Source: Eledone cirrhosa
Lineage: Eukaryota
Assembly (NCBI GenBank): GCA_964016885.1
Contig: OZ024750.1
Span: 44,578,001 to 44,641,951 of the forward strand
DNA length: 63,951 bases
Direction: 5' to 3'
Below, piece after piece: positions 14,500 through 28,161 of the stretch. The notes below the pieces were generated by a model that was not told the origin of the DNA, did no database searches, and saw only the letters and a program-made list of their open reading frames with translations. The position numbers and the translations under genes are program-made. Every line of letters begins with the position of its first letter. Within the stretch, counting starts at the first letter, position 1.

Positions 14500-16083
14500 A
14501 AAATGTGTTCAATTCAAAGATCTTTCCCACTGTTTGGATGTCCTCGCTTCGTGCTAAGAGAGCAATCAATTTATCGTTGGCCCTTCTGACAAGCACGAAG
14601 TTTTTAATGTTTTGTTGGTGTGGTTTTATTTGTTTACGTTTTGGTGACTGTGGTGGTGATGGTTTTGGTGGTGTTGTTTCGGGTATGTCTGTGTTTGTTG
14701 TAGGTGTGGTGTCTGCAATTTCACGTGTCTATGTGTTTATTTGTTCTTGTGTTTGTTTACGTTGTTTGATTTTCGGGGATTGTGGGGGTGGTGTTGATGT
14801 TGATGTTGGTGTTGATGTTGGTGTTGATGTTATTGGGGAAATGTTTGCGTTAGTGATGTCTGTATCTGTTGTGTTTTGTTGGGGCTTTTTTTGGTGAGTT
14901 TTCACTTTTGTTTTTTAGGCACATTTGGGTTTTCCTTCATCTTCACTGCTGGAAGACAAAGGTTCTGTGGCTGTGAGTATATCTGTGTCTGTGTGTGCAT
15001 TTATTGTTTTGTCTATGTGTATAATTGGAGGGGTAGGGGGAGTGAGAGAGCTTTCCACGTTTTCCCCTTGGATTGATTTCGGTGCTGGTTGTGGTCCGAC
15101 TGTTTTTGATGTTGGTGGGGTTAACCGTGTAATTGTTGGTGTTGTTTTTGGTGCTGGTGGTGCAGCTTTCCGTGCTGACACTGGTGTTGGCAACACAGGA
15201 GGTTTGCGACCCCCTGCATTTTTGAGCTGAGGGCAGAAGGCTTGCAGATGCGTTGCTTCCCCGCTGACGGAGTGCAGCCTTTTTCCCTCAGTGATTCATT
15301 GGATTGCTGTACCGTCCTGCAGGCGGTTAAAATCCGGTATGTTGTTGATTTCCTCTGGTTTCATTTCGAGAAGAATCTCCAAATCCATTCCGGACCAATC
15401 CTCTCTCTCTGTCATTTTGATATCCAGGAGGGTAGTGTCTGTCCCCTCCTCGATTACGCATCCCAGCAGCCGCCATATGTTCATTCCTGGTGGTTTCCTC
15501 GGAATGCGGACATTTACTGTCCTTTTGCCCATGTAGGACGGGTTCATGATAATGCGTTCCGTTCTGGAGGGCGTCACTGAGTGCTTAATAGCAAGGGCCT
15601 CGGTTTTAAACAGTACCGAGATGGTACAGAACTGCTTGGCCCTTGCTTTGTACTCAATGTCACTTCCGATGCACTTTAAAACTCGACCTCTACTTGGCTG
15701 CGTGTCTGCACTGAAATGCAGGTCTGCTGTTTAATTGACCTCCACGCCTGGGCCAACTGTTGTTCCTTATCGCTAATATCTACATTGAGGAAACACCTTA
15801 TTTTCGCTGCTGCCGTTGCAAATGTGGCGCCTCCGTTGCTCTTATTGTTGGTGTTGTTGTTGTTGTTTTGTTTGTTGTTGCTGTTTCCACCGCCATCAGT
15901 GTTTACATTGAGGCTGTCTGTGTTATTGTCGTTGTTGTTCTGAGTTGTTGTTGTTGTGGTGGTGGTTGTGGTGGTGGTGGTGATGTCGTTTAGAGATGAT
16001 ACTGCTACTATCACAGAAAGGAGCGGTTGTGATGGTAACTTTTGTGTTTTGCCTTCACATTCAATGGAATGGCCGACAGGCAT
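14500..16083 (-). pseudogene. LINE ORF1, disrupted; degenerate zinc knuckle and Thr/Pro/Asn-rich tracts
   Basis: Lies upstream of ORF2; RLHSVSGEATHLQAFCP near 15235-15280 resembles CX2CX4HX4C; boundaries approximate. Confidence 0.6.
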
Positions 16084-16427
16084 GTCTGTAGTAGAAGTAG
16101 TAGTTGTGGTGAGATCTACAGTGGCAGTATTTGAACTTTAGACCTGAACGTTGTTTACCGTTTCAAGGTCGAACATTTCCTTTTTTTTTTTTTGATGGGG
16201 AAGCGATTTTTTTCGAAGTTTTTAAAAATAAATCTGAATATTTGGGCTTAAAGCCCGAATATTGAGAGGTCTCCCTAACTTGGAACCAAGGTGGGTACCT
16301 TATGCTTCGTTATCGACAAGAAAATACAAAAAATGATACTTTAAAACAGCTTAAAGTTACGAACCTTTTCCCCCGCAAACTTGTACGTCTTCATACATGT
16401 GCGTCCAATAATAACAATAATATTGTT

Positions 16428-17523
16428 TCTGTAAGATTTGTTATTTTTAAATTCTTAAATATTTATTATTAAATTGTCCAATATAGATATATAGTACAGC
16501 ATTTTATAATCTGCAGTTGTTGTCTTCCTGTTTCTTCTACAGCAACTACAACGGTACGCGATGGGGTCCATCCACAGCCCCGCCGGACAGAATGGAGAAG
16601 GCGTTTCCACGTAGGACGGCGAGTGAGACGCGCTGGAAGAGCCACTCCAATTCGTGGGGCTCACACCTGCAGCTGGCCACCTCAGCACCTATGGTGGTGA
16701 GTAAGGAGGTAGCCCTGGGGCCAAGGACACCAGAAGTCTCCACTGCCAGGGGTACGACCGCAAACCTGTCGGAGAGCGGCCGGTATTTGAGGAGTTTGGC
16801 CCCCTCAGCCCGACATGCAGCAGAACCTAGGTCAGTCGCAGACTGCACCAGGCTGCGGCTGCAGAATGTGTCGGTGCAAGTGGCATCCCAGACGAGGGGT
16901 TTGCCACCGCGGAACGGGAAGATGGTCATGTCATCTGGCCTTTTGCCGTCCCCTCGATCCAGCCCCACCGGCTCGAGCAGGGAAGGGAAGCCTGCAGCGT
17001 CCAAGCCATGCTTAATGACCTTGTTGAGGGCAGCATGGCGTGGAATGTGGCCGGCACCTAGGCGACAGGAAAGCGGGTGGAGGCCGAAAGAGTCCACGGT
17101 GGAACCGCAGCGACATTGGTGTGGCTAGCAGATCCGGAGGCCGAGCCTCAGGGAAACGCCGATGCGCAGGCTATGGTTGTCTAGCTGCGTGCAAGTGGAG
17201 AAGGAGAGCAGGGTATGGTGCCAGGCACCATTGTGGGGTTTGGAGCCCGCACGAAAACAAGCAAGGCGCTGCTGGTCGAGCTGGCGCGTGAGCCTGTCTA
17301 TGGCCAGGCTGCACTGGATGGCATCCCAAGTGCGTTGGGGGGACTTGACATCAACAGGGGGAGAAGGAAGAGGGACGTCTACTGGGCTAAGTCGCAGCCG
17401 GACCCACGTCTCACAGGCGACCTCACGTTCTCTGAACACAGATGGTTCTGTTGTGTTTTGAAGAACCCTGCTGACGAGGACGCGGCACAAGGTTACCGAC
17501 GAAAGATACGCCAGCAAAGCTAG
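16428..17523 (-). mobile_element. CRE-clade non-LTR retrotransposon 3' fragment (CCHC, REL endonuclease)
   Basis: LRIGVSLRLG, CRCGSTVDSFGLHPLSC, RHAALN, GDGKRPDD, LVWDATC, VPLAVETSG, QRVSLAVLRGNA; a single TAG at 17125 splits the two ORFs. Confidence 0.85.
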
Positions 17524-17699
17524 TTGAATAATAGAAACTAATAGAAAATACCTATTGAATAATAGAAACTAACCAAATAAGGAGAAACATTAAAAGAAAA
17601 TTTTACAAAATAGAAAGAAAAAAAACCCACACAAAACCAAAAAATATCAAATATGAAACAAAATAAATAACAAGAAAAGAAGGTTCTGCAATGAAAGAG

Positions 17700-18245
17700 A
17701 GGTGGTGGAGGTGCAGGTGATAGTGGTGATGGTGGTGGTGGTGGTGATGTTGTTGTTGGTGGTGGTGATGGTTTTGGTGGTGGTAAAGGAGAAGAGTGAG
17801 GAGGTTGATGAAGTGGTGGTGTTGGTGGTGGTGGTGGTGGTGGTGGTAGTGATGGTGTCTGTGGTGATGGTGATATTGGTTGTGGTAATTGTGATGGTGG
17901 TGGTGATGGTGGTGGTAGTGTTGGTGGTGATGGTGATGATTGTGTGTGATCGTGGCGGGGATGTTGTGTGGATGTTGATGAAGTGGCGTTGGTGGTGGAG
18001 GAGGTGGTATCAGTGCTGGTGGTGATGGTGGTGGCGGTGAAGTTGTGAGGATTTTGGTGGTGATGGTGTTGGTGGAGGTGGTATTAGTGGTGATGGGGGT
18101 GGCGGTAAAGTTGTGAGGATATTGATGAAGTAGTTGTGGTTGTGGAGATGGTGGCGTTGGAAGAGGTGGTGGTGGTGGAAGCGGTGGTGGTGGTGTTTAT
18201 GGGTTGACGAGGAGTGTGGTGGACTGGTGGAGGCGGGCGGTAGAG
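17700..18245. repeat. Degenerate (GGT)n low-complexity tract
   Basis: Direct inspection. Confidence 0.9.
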
Positions 18246-18325
18246 GAGGTTTCGAATTTGACACGAGTATTAATTACAGCCGGTTATTGAATCGTTAATC
18301 AAGGAAACTAGTTAAATATTTGTAC

Positions 18326-18408
18326 GTTTCACAAGACTCTGCAGCAGCAGCAGAGAGGGAACTTAATGAAAGACAGCTAATTAACAGCAAAACAAAGAAT
18401 TCGACCAT
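18326..18408 (-). CDS. Possible first coding exon with a signal peptide
   Basis: ACAATGG start context; MVEFFVLLLISCLSLSSLSAAAAESC; only weak GT donors. Confidence 0.2.
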
Positions 18409-18500
18409 TGTGGAAAATCTCTGCCATCTTATACGCCCCCTACCGGAGAAAGGAGAAAGGAGAAACGACCGTACTTTCGTGTCCATCCTCCATAGCAGAT

Positions 18501-18533
<33 letters not shown>

Positions 18534-19093
18534 ATATATATATGTATATATATATATAAATGTGTGTGTGTTTGTGTGAATGTATATGCGTGTGTGAGTC
18601 TCTCAGTCTCTCTCTGTGAGACAGTGTGTGTTGTGTGTGAATGCGTGAGTCAGTTTGTATGTGTGTACGTGTGTGTATGTGTTCGTGTGTGTGTATGTGT
18701 GTATGTATGTGTGTGTACGTGTGTGGATATTAAGTTTTGTTTTGATTCTAGTGATAGTTTTTGTCTTCTTGTTCGTAATGTTTCATTTTTTAAATTTTGC
18801 TTCCTTCCTTTTATACAGAACCTATTTGGAAATATACGAATATATACACAGGCATGTAAATGTATATACATATATATACATACATATATACCTACATACA
18901 TACATATATAAATACATACTTACATATATACATATATACTTACATATAAATACATGCAAACATATATATATATACATACATATGTAGATACATACCTACA
19001 TACATGCATATATACATACATATATACATACATACATATATACTTACATACACACATACATGCATATATACATACATATATACATACACACAT

Positions 19094-19130
<37 letters not shown>

Positions 19131-19209
19131 ACATATCTATTTAAATATACATATATGTGCACACACATATATGTGTAACTTTCAACGTATGTGTTTTATC
19201 TTCCATCTT

Positions 19210-19230
19210 TTGCTGCACATATATATGACA

Positions 19231-19262
<32 letters not shown>

Positions 19263-19637
19263 GATGATAGTGATGATGGTGATGATGATGATGATGATGG
19301 TGATGATGGTGATGATGGTGATGATGGTGATGATGGTGATGATGGTGATGGTGATGATGGCGATGATGATGGTAATGATAGTGATGATGATGATATTGAT
19401 GATGGTGATGATGGTGATGATTGTGATGATGGTGGTGACGATAACGATGGTGATGATGGTGATGATGATGGTGATGGTGATGACGATAATGATGATGATG
19501 ATGACGATGACGATAATGATGGTGATATATGGCGATGATGATGATGACGATAACGATGATGACAATGATGATGATGATGATAATGATGATGATAATGAAG
19601 ATGATGATGATGATGATGATGATAATGACGACGACGA
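19210..19637. repeat. (GAT)n/(GATGGT)n microsatellite
   Basis: Direct inspection. Confidence 0.95.
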
Positions 19638-19997
19638 ATGCGTCGAGTATTACGATGTCAATAGCGACAATAACCACGGCTCTGGCGAGAAGGAGGTTTG
19701 TCATTACACGTGACGTGTTAATGTCTTCCAGAAAGTTAGGTGGGAGGTCGTATGTTAGGCTTACAATCCAATTTGTAGCTACAGCAATACGGCAAAGAGA
19801 ACTCTCCCGCCGTCCACCTTTCACTATCAAACATGGATTCTATTGAAGAGATGAGACTACAAACTATATCGACACTTAAATAATCGATATATATTTATTA
19901 AACTGTATAATTTTCCTAAGTTGATTTTCTCGCATACTCCCCCGTAAAAGTTGACAAAAAAAATGTAAATAGACGAATTACACTGACACACACACAC

Positions 19998-20033
<36 letters not shown>

Positions 20034-20044
20034 CATATATATAT

Positions 20045-20105
<61 letters not shown>

Positions 20106-20210
20106 TATATATATAGTTACAGATATATATATATATTTACATATATATTATATATAATTAATACATACATACACTTACATATGAAGAACATAAATTGGTA
20201 TAAACATATG

Positions 20211-20267
<57 letters not shown>

Positions 20268-20934
20268 AAGTATAGAAATTGTTGTAGCGAGAAGCTAACA
20301 GTATTCCATAACATATATATATATAATATATATATACGGGCGTTTGTGTTATGTATATATGTATATATATATATATATTTATGTTATGTATACATAACAC
20401 AAACGCCCATACACATCAGATAATACACGTACACATACGTACACGTACCCACACAATTACAAATATAAATATACACATACATATATAGAAAGACATACAT
20501 ACAAGCAAATTAAGAAAAAATTATGACGCAACACAGAAAATTGAACATCGATTCTGAAGTAAGAGTTATCTGTAAATATATGATATTAACCAATGACATA
20601 AATGATAGTGTCCTTCACATATTTGTCTGTTTGTTGGTAGATTTCTTCTTCTTATTGTTCCAGCCCTATTACCTTTGTATTATGGTTTGCTGTGTGTAAT
20701 TATCGTGGCAAATGAAACTCCGAAACATATACACTCCCCTGTGAGAGAGTGCAAAATTATGGGTTTTACACCATGTGTCTCTGCATGTATATCTCTATAT
20801 ATATGTACATGTGAAATTTACTATCATATATACATATATATCTATGTATATATGTATATATGATAGAAAATTTATATATATATATACATATATACAGATA
20901 TACATACTCCACAATCTCTAACTCTATCTCTCTC

Positions 20935-21006
<72 letters not shown>

Positions 21007-21444
21007 GCTTGGTAATGGTGTATATATATATATATATACCTTGGTAATATATACATATATATATATATTTACACATACCAGGACGTGTTTGCGTACTTAA
21101 ATGCATTCATATATAAGATTACATATCAATATATTAGACCTATATAAATACACATATATAATATATGTGATATATATGCATATCTATTCGACTATTATCT
21201 ATATACACATTAAGAGTAATGACCTAACACACATACACAGGCATATATATGTATAGATGTGTGTACATATGTTTTTTTTATTACAATGATATGTTGAATA
21301 TATAAAATTGATAATTATTAAGATATCTAAGACTGTTTACAGTGAAATGTATTTAAAACATAAGGTATATTTATAAGTTTCTTAAAAAAGTAACTCAGAT
21401 ATAATAGTGAAACTTTGACTTGAAGTCAATACAAAATATCGAGG

Positions 21445-21625
21445 GCGGAGGGTTGGCAAGATAGATAGGGCGTCTTTCTACGTTCTGAGTTCAGCTTTAG
21501 CGGAGGTTAACATTGATTTTCCCTATTCAGCTGCCGATAAATCAAAGTACCAGTTATCTAATAGCGATATAATGGATTTTCGTCTTCAATCAAATTACTG
21601 CACTACTGCCAAATTTAGAACTTAT
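21445..21625 (+). mobile_element. Diverged SINE family S1 copy
   Basis: GGCGGAGGGTTGGCAAGA..TCTGAGTTCAG..CGATAAATCAAAGTACCAG. Confidence 0.55.
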
Positions 21626-21784
21626 ATTTATGGTTATGTCTTTAAAACCCTTTCACAATCTTAAACCTTCTGCACTCGTACCTATGAAGAAACGTTTGAA
21701 TGATGGCGGAAGTTGTAGAAAATACTAAGTAAAGGTCACACTCTATTAACTGATTTTTTTTGTTCAATAACTCAATTAAAGAAT

Positions 21785-22160
21785 TCTAAATTTTATTTAT
21801 GGAATATATCATGTAAATATAGTTTAATAGAAAAAGAAAGAGAAGAAAATTAGATTGAGAAGAATGGAATGTAAAATAGGAAAATATAAAGAAAAACGGG
21901 GCAAAGGAAATAAAACGGAAAAGGGAGGAAATGGCAAGGACTCTACTGTCAGAGAAGAATGTGGTGGTTGGGGATGATTGGGCTCCTGGCCTTGGGCGCG
22001 GCGGTAAAAGGGCCAAGACGGCAAAAGCATTCCTGCGGACAATGGCCACCAACACCCGCTGCAACAGCCACCCCACATGCGGGGCACCTTCCTCAGACGA
22101 GCTGCCGACGTCACGATTTTACAGAGGAGCTCAACTGTACGGGTAATCAAGGCACATGCC
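21785..22160 (-). mobile_element. CRE-clade 3' end fragment
   Basis: WLLQRVLVAIVRRNAFAVL matches the C-terminus at 16546-16650; followed by a pyrimidine-rich 3' UTR. Confidence 0.7.
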
Positions 22161-23132
22161 AGAAATGCCTGGGATAGGAAATTCGATAAAATATACCTTC
22201 TGAGATATTTGATTTGATTTACTTCTGAAGGATAAAAGGTAAATTGGACCATTTTTATTTATGGAAGATCACGTTTTCTAAACCAAACATACAAACCAAT
22301 AACGAGTGTTGGTCATCTTGGACAATGAAGGACGATCAAGAAAAGACTTTTGAAGAAGATGAAGACAAAAATGAAGAAAAGGTTACCGACAGACAACAGT
22401 TTGAATTTATCTTAAGAATGTTTAATATAGGTTTAATATCTAGGGTAAACATCTTTTTCTAACACACTACCAATACGCGCATATATATATATATATATAT
22501 ACTATTACCTATGTAAAGGCTCTGTCAAACAGACTCTTATATTGCACTGATCCGAAATCAAAGGAATTATAGACGTACACGAAATCTTCAACGGTGTTTC
22601 CCCATTAAGGAAGGTACTTATAAGGTTTCTAAAACCCATGGCCGGTTCTCTAGTGATTTTGATTAGCATGAAGAGGATTAGAGTTTCAAATGCCCTGTAT
22701 CCATGTATCTCTACAAAATCATAATCATATGGGATTGTCCTGAATGGAATGATCTTCATCGCAAATCTGTTTGATTGGGGATAATTGGGGACTAAACAAC
22801 GAAAGAAACTTACATAGAAGTCATCAGATATTAAGGAAGTCACGTCCCCGGGGACGTTCTTAAAAGAAGTGTGGGTGCAGTGAATAGTGTAAGGGTTTGA
22901 GGAGGGGTTACAATAAGTGTAACAACAAATAGAGTAAAGAATGGGTCTGGAGTGTCTGATGATCCGATGGCATTGTAATAACGGTAGAATTTGCATGGAG
23001 ATGATACAGGATATATGATAGCCAAAGCCTGGAGGGTGTTGTTTAGTGACACTACGACTTCCAATCTAAAGGCTTTTGGGTGGAACGCTGTCTCGAATGT
23101 TTGCGTCTGTATAACCAGAAACGTAATGTGAA

Positions 23133-23475
23133 GGCGCATGGCTTAATGGTACGAGCATTGGGCTTGCAATCGGAAGGTTATGAGTTCGAATCTCTGACCG
23201 GGTGATGTAGTGTGTTCTTGAACAAGACACTTTATTTCATGTGGCTCCAGTTTACTCAGCTCTAGAAATGAGTTGCAACGTCACTGGTACCAAGCTGTAT
23301 TAGCCATTGCCTTCCCCTTGAACAACATCACTTCCGAGGAGAATGGAGGCTGGTATGCATGGGTAACTGCTTCTTTTCCACAAATATCTTTTCCCGGAGT
23401 TGTGCCTCGGAGGGAAATTTTCTAGGTGCAAATCCCATCATCATTCGTGAGTAAAGGGGTCTTTACCCTTTCTTT
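23133..23475 (+). mobile_element. tRNA-derived CORE-type SINE (family S2)
   Basis: A box TGGCTTAATGG, B box GTTCGAATC, CORE-like GTGTGTTCTTGAACAAGACACTTT; head fragments also at 26760-26785 and 26897-26920 (-). Confidence 0.8.
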
Positions 23476-24150
23476 CTACCTAGGAATGTTCCAAAAGTGA
23501 GAAAGGTGATCTATCGTGGGCCTCGTGATGGGGGTTGAAGTATTTTCTATACCCGACGAGGAAAATCTAACTTCAGTACAAATTATCAGATTTTGAATGT
23601 AAAATTAATATATATCATATATAAATATTGTTTAACAAGATCTTTACATCTTTACATCTATTGCTTCGTCACTCCACCTCAGACAGATTGCAATATGTTG
23701 CACGGCACACAGGGTTATAAGGTTATCATAAGATATATTGTTTTATTAACAATCTAGGCAGACGCCACCTATCTTCAATATTAGACATTTTACATTTAAA
23801 AAGAGATTTTATACATTTTACCACGATGAAACTTTCCACAGTGGGTCTCTATTAAGGATTTTCCGTTTCCGTTTTTTACATCAAATTTTGCACACACATA
23901 CGTATATGTAACATACGTTATATACACATACGTATATATATCTGTGTATGCATGTATATAGTGTGCGTACATATATCTGACTGTCTGCCTGTCTCTCTGT
24001 CTGTTTGTAGGTATGTATGTATGTTCGTATGTATGTATGTATGTATATTTGTTTATATGTATGTAAATTTGCGAGTATCTATGTATGTGTGTATCTATGT
24101 ATGAATGTACTATGTATGTATATTGTATATATATATTGTATGTATATATA

Positions 24151-24211
<61 letters not shown>

Positions 24212-24213
<2 letters not shown>

Positions 24214-24385
24214 CGAAGGAAATGTGATAAGGAACCAAGTAGACCATAACGTACCAAAGTACTCAATACTTAGGGTAGTAGAGTGGGTAATAGGAACGAG
24301 TAGGACCCCGACGGCTGAGCTCAAGCCGTTTCGACCGAATTAGCCGTCGAAACGGCTTGAGCTCAGCCGTCGGGGTCCTACTCGT

Positions 24386-24389
<4 letters not shown>
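24212..24389 (-). mobile_element. Family A palindromic copy
   Basis: Same sequence as 929-1113, reversed, (TA)n-flanked. Confidence 0.9.
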
Positions 24390-24480
<91 letters not shown>

Positions 24481-24484
<4 letters not shown>

Positions 24485-24712
24485 AAGGTTAAACAATGTT
24501 CAATGAATAAATAAAAGAATGAGTTTTACAATATCTTGGAAGCACTCAAAAGTTGGTTTTCCAGAGTTATTAATATTAATTCAAAATATTAACAAAATTA
24601 GACCTTCGTATGATCAAGTATATTTTATTATACATATTTCAGTACCTCGGAAATATGTATAATAAAATATACTTGATCACACGAGGGTCTATTTTTGTTA
24701 ATATTTTGAATC
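24481..24712 (-). mobile_element. Family B-like palindrome retaining only the hammerhead 3' halves
   Basis: TATTTTATTATACATATTTC-agtacctcg-GAAATATGTATAATAAAATA; tail carries AAGCACTCAA. Confidence 0.7.
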
Positions 24713-24739
24713 AATATATATATATATATATATATGTGC

Positions 24740-24773
<34 letters not shown>

Positions 24774-24857
24774 GACTGTATGTAGATTCATATTATTAGC
24801 CGACATATACAGAAATGCAGCGTTGCAAAAATATATATGAGTAAATATAAAAAAAAT

Positions 24858-24890
<33 letters not shown>

Positions 24891-25203
24891 ACAATATCAA
24901 TAATAATAATAACAACAACAACAACAATCTATTAGTGAAAATATTCTAATTTATATCGTAGAAAGGAGAAATAGTAGGAGATTGTTGAGAGTGTTTGAGT
25001 GGAGTGATTTCTTGTAAAAAAAATAGAAATCCATTGACGGCAAAAAAATTAATTAACATGGCGGTCTTAAAGCCGATAAGTTCAATAGAATGCAAAATAC
25101 GCTTACAGTAAGATGTAATATATTTCTCGCTTGTCTAACATAATGGACCACTAACGAAGGTAATTGTTAAAAAAACCAAACGAAACGAATATACGAATAT
25201 TGG

Positions 25204-25240
<37 letters not shown>

Positions 25241-25350
25241 TGTATGTATGTATGTATGTATGTATGTATGCATGTATGTATGTATACATAGATACATATA
25301 TATACATATTTATACATCTATATGTATATCGTACTCATGTCTCGCTCTCC

Positions 25351-25387
<37 letters not shown>

Positions 25388-25447
25388 GTGTGTGTGTGTG
25401 TATATATATATACATATATATATATACACACTCACACACACATGTAT

Positions 25448-25499
<52 letters not shown>

Positions 25500-25970
25500 T
25501 AGAGCACATCGTAAGTTAGAAGAATTACAGTCAATTTAACGTAGATATGGTTATAATATTTGAATTAGAATCCTTCGCATTAAAGAGGAATTTAACTATT
25601 CCTTTGTAGTCAGAAAAACACGAGAATTTAAATCTCCGTAAAACATAAAACTTTATATTTTACGGAGATGTTTAACACGTCATCAGAAGTTAAATGCTAC
25701 TGTCATTTTGTCTGCAGATGAATAGTAATGTAGCAACACTATTTTTCTCATGTAGGATGTAAAGTATAGCTGAAATTTCTTGTCATATTTGCATGCCGTG
25801 CATACGTTTGGCAGCGTAATTAATTAAACGATAAATATTTATACTAGAACACATTATGTATTAGAAGATATACAACCAGTTATGCTGTTATTTCCATAGA
25901 GGAACATTTGAAAGTGTTTATAGTTTATTCGTTTTGCAAGGGAGTCTTCTTATTAAGAAACTAGTTTTAA

Positions 25971-26073
25971 ATCCTTCGATGTCGGCTCTTCCTATCATTA
26001 CGAAGCAGAATTGGCAAAGCGTTGGATCGTTCACCCACTAGCAGGGAACGTGGGCTGGATTTAGACCGTCATG
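25971..26073 (+). pseudogene. 28S rRNA fragment (domain V, peptidyl-transferase region)
   Basis: ATCCTTCGATGTCGGCTCTTCCTATCATT..GAAGCAGAATT..AAGCGTTGGAT.GTTCACCCACTA..AGGGAACGTG.GCTGG.TTTAGACCGTC matches the conserved eukaryotic LSU segment. Confidence 0.93.
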
Positions 26074-26788
26074 ATGCATTGCGTGTATGGAGCGCCTCCT
26101 ACTGCGACGGTTTGTCCCATCTGCGCGGCTGCTATCCCTCAGGGGTTGTCTGCATCGGGCAAGACGACCACTGCGGAGTTACAGCCCCCGGCAACGTCAA
26201 CTCGGCTACAGCTATCCCGTCCAGTAGGAGGAGAACCGCGTGATCAGTGCTTTATCTATCAACATTCAATTTATTTTCACATATTCTGATATAGGATGTT
26301 TTCGTACATAAATAGTCCCATCATCCAATATAACACATTTTTACTCCGCAGATCTGTAACCCTCATTGGTTTACAACCATGCTGTGATACATCTTGATAA
26401 CAAATAACTGTTGGTGTCACACTAACGGAGAAGACTTATGACTTTCATGGAGAAGCCCATCGGACGGAATACCAATTATTCGTTGATCAACCACATGGCA
26501 ATCCCTGACTATTAGACATGGTGAATGTTGGTGTTGGACCATGCTCGATTCTGTTGAAAAGCGTACCCGTTGTTTGTCCCCCCAAAACAACCTGGTTACG
26601 AAATGAGCGGCAAGTAGGTGAGCATTACCCAAAACCAGTGTACGTACCCTTAACATTCTTCTCATTGTAATGCATTTAATGTGACAGAGAATGTGACAAG
26701 GCAAGGCTTTTGTAATACAATTACAACACGCTTTCCTTCCCACTGAGAATCGGACACAGTACTAAGCCATGCGCCTTCACGGTCAGAC

Positions 26789-26867
<79 letters not shown>

Positions 26868-27039
26868 CCCGGGTTCAATGTGTGAATCAGATACAGTACT
26901 AAGCCATGCGCCTTCACGGTCAGCCTATATATATATATATAAATATATATATATGTGTGTGTGTGGGGGGGGGGTGTATCCCGGTTTCAATCCCGATGAT
27001 TTCCTTAAAATGAAACAGTTCTAGTCATGTAGAAGCCAT

Positions 27040-27126
<87 letters not shown>

Positions 27127-27129
27127 TAT

Positions 27130-27148
27130 AGAAGAAGAGGAAGAAGAA

Positions 27149-27183
<35 letters not shown>

Positions 27184-27230
27184 AGAAGAAGAAGAAGAAG
27201 AAGAAGAAGAAGAAGAAGAAGAAGAAGAAG
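27130..27230. repeat. (GAA)n microsatellite
   Basis: Direct inspection. Confidence 0.95.
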
Positions 27231-27724
27231 ATATTTATGTATTTCATATAAGCAACGCTTTGGTTTATTATATGTCATTCTTATATTACAGTACAGTGAA
27301 ATGTGAAGAAAATTTAGTTGCATTTCAAGCATCAAGCAAATAGGCAAATAGAGCGACTACGTAGTGTCTCGCGTTTGGCTTGTTAAAATAAATATTGAAC
27401 CCTACAGCACTATTTGAAATTAGAACGTTAAATCACACAAACACTATGGTGCATTTTATCCGCTACGTTATCAATTCTGGCTATCCATTGCCATTTAAAA
27501 CCCAGCAATCATTAAATGAAATATGTCACCATTCCATGTCTGACACTCATGCTGTTACACATGTCTGTGAATTAGCATTTAAATATCTAAATATTTCTTA
27601 TATATTTATTATTTGAAACAGAAAATAATATGTCAAATATGCAGCTATTAACATCATTGTACGCGTAGGTGTGTGTAGGATCCATATATATATAGTATGA
27701 TATGAAATGATATATATACGTATG

Positions 27725-27786
<62 letters not shown>

Positions 27787-28084
27787 TATATAATCACACA
27801 CACAACAACCGTATAAATATACAAACTAATAGAAATATTTATACATGTATACATACATACACAGATACATATATATAAACACACAGGCACATGCAAATAT
27901 ATATATATATATATATATGTGTGGTGTGTGTGTATAGAAATGTAGATATTCACATACACACACAGTCATTTATATATATACACACAAAAATGCATTGGTC
28001 TATCCATATATACATCGACAAATATATATATATATAAGCATGCAATAACACAAGACACACATACACTCACACACACATATACGC

Positions 28085-28161
<77 letters not shown>

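Larger units (their letters stand above)
10651..16406 (-). mobile_element. Full-length decayed Tx1/L1-clade LINE
   Basis: ORF1 plus ORF2 (APE-RT-zinc finger); flanked by the direct repeat AATAATAAC at 10642-10650 and 16407-16415. Confidence 0.88.

Noticed and set aside
12609-17128. Plus-strand ORFs such as 12609-12950, 13036-13584 and 16517-17128
   Set aside because: Antisense shadows of the minus-strand LINE ORFs.
22505-23139. 163-aa and 99-aa minus-strand ORFs
   Set aside because: No motif I can recognise; possibly decayed transposon sequence; needs BLASTX.
23133-23210. Possible tRNA gene
   Set aside because: A and B boxes run into a CORE-like SINE body; this is a SINE head.
25625-25690. 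Hairpin next to CTGATGA on the minus strand
   Set aside because: No GAAA or NUH in the required position, so not a hammerhead.
26417-26743. ORF with RVRFSTES resembling the Tc1 FSDES motif
   Set aside because: A single weak motif, no DDE residues or TIRs.
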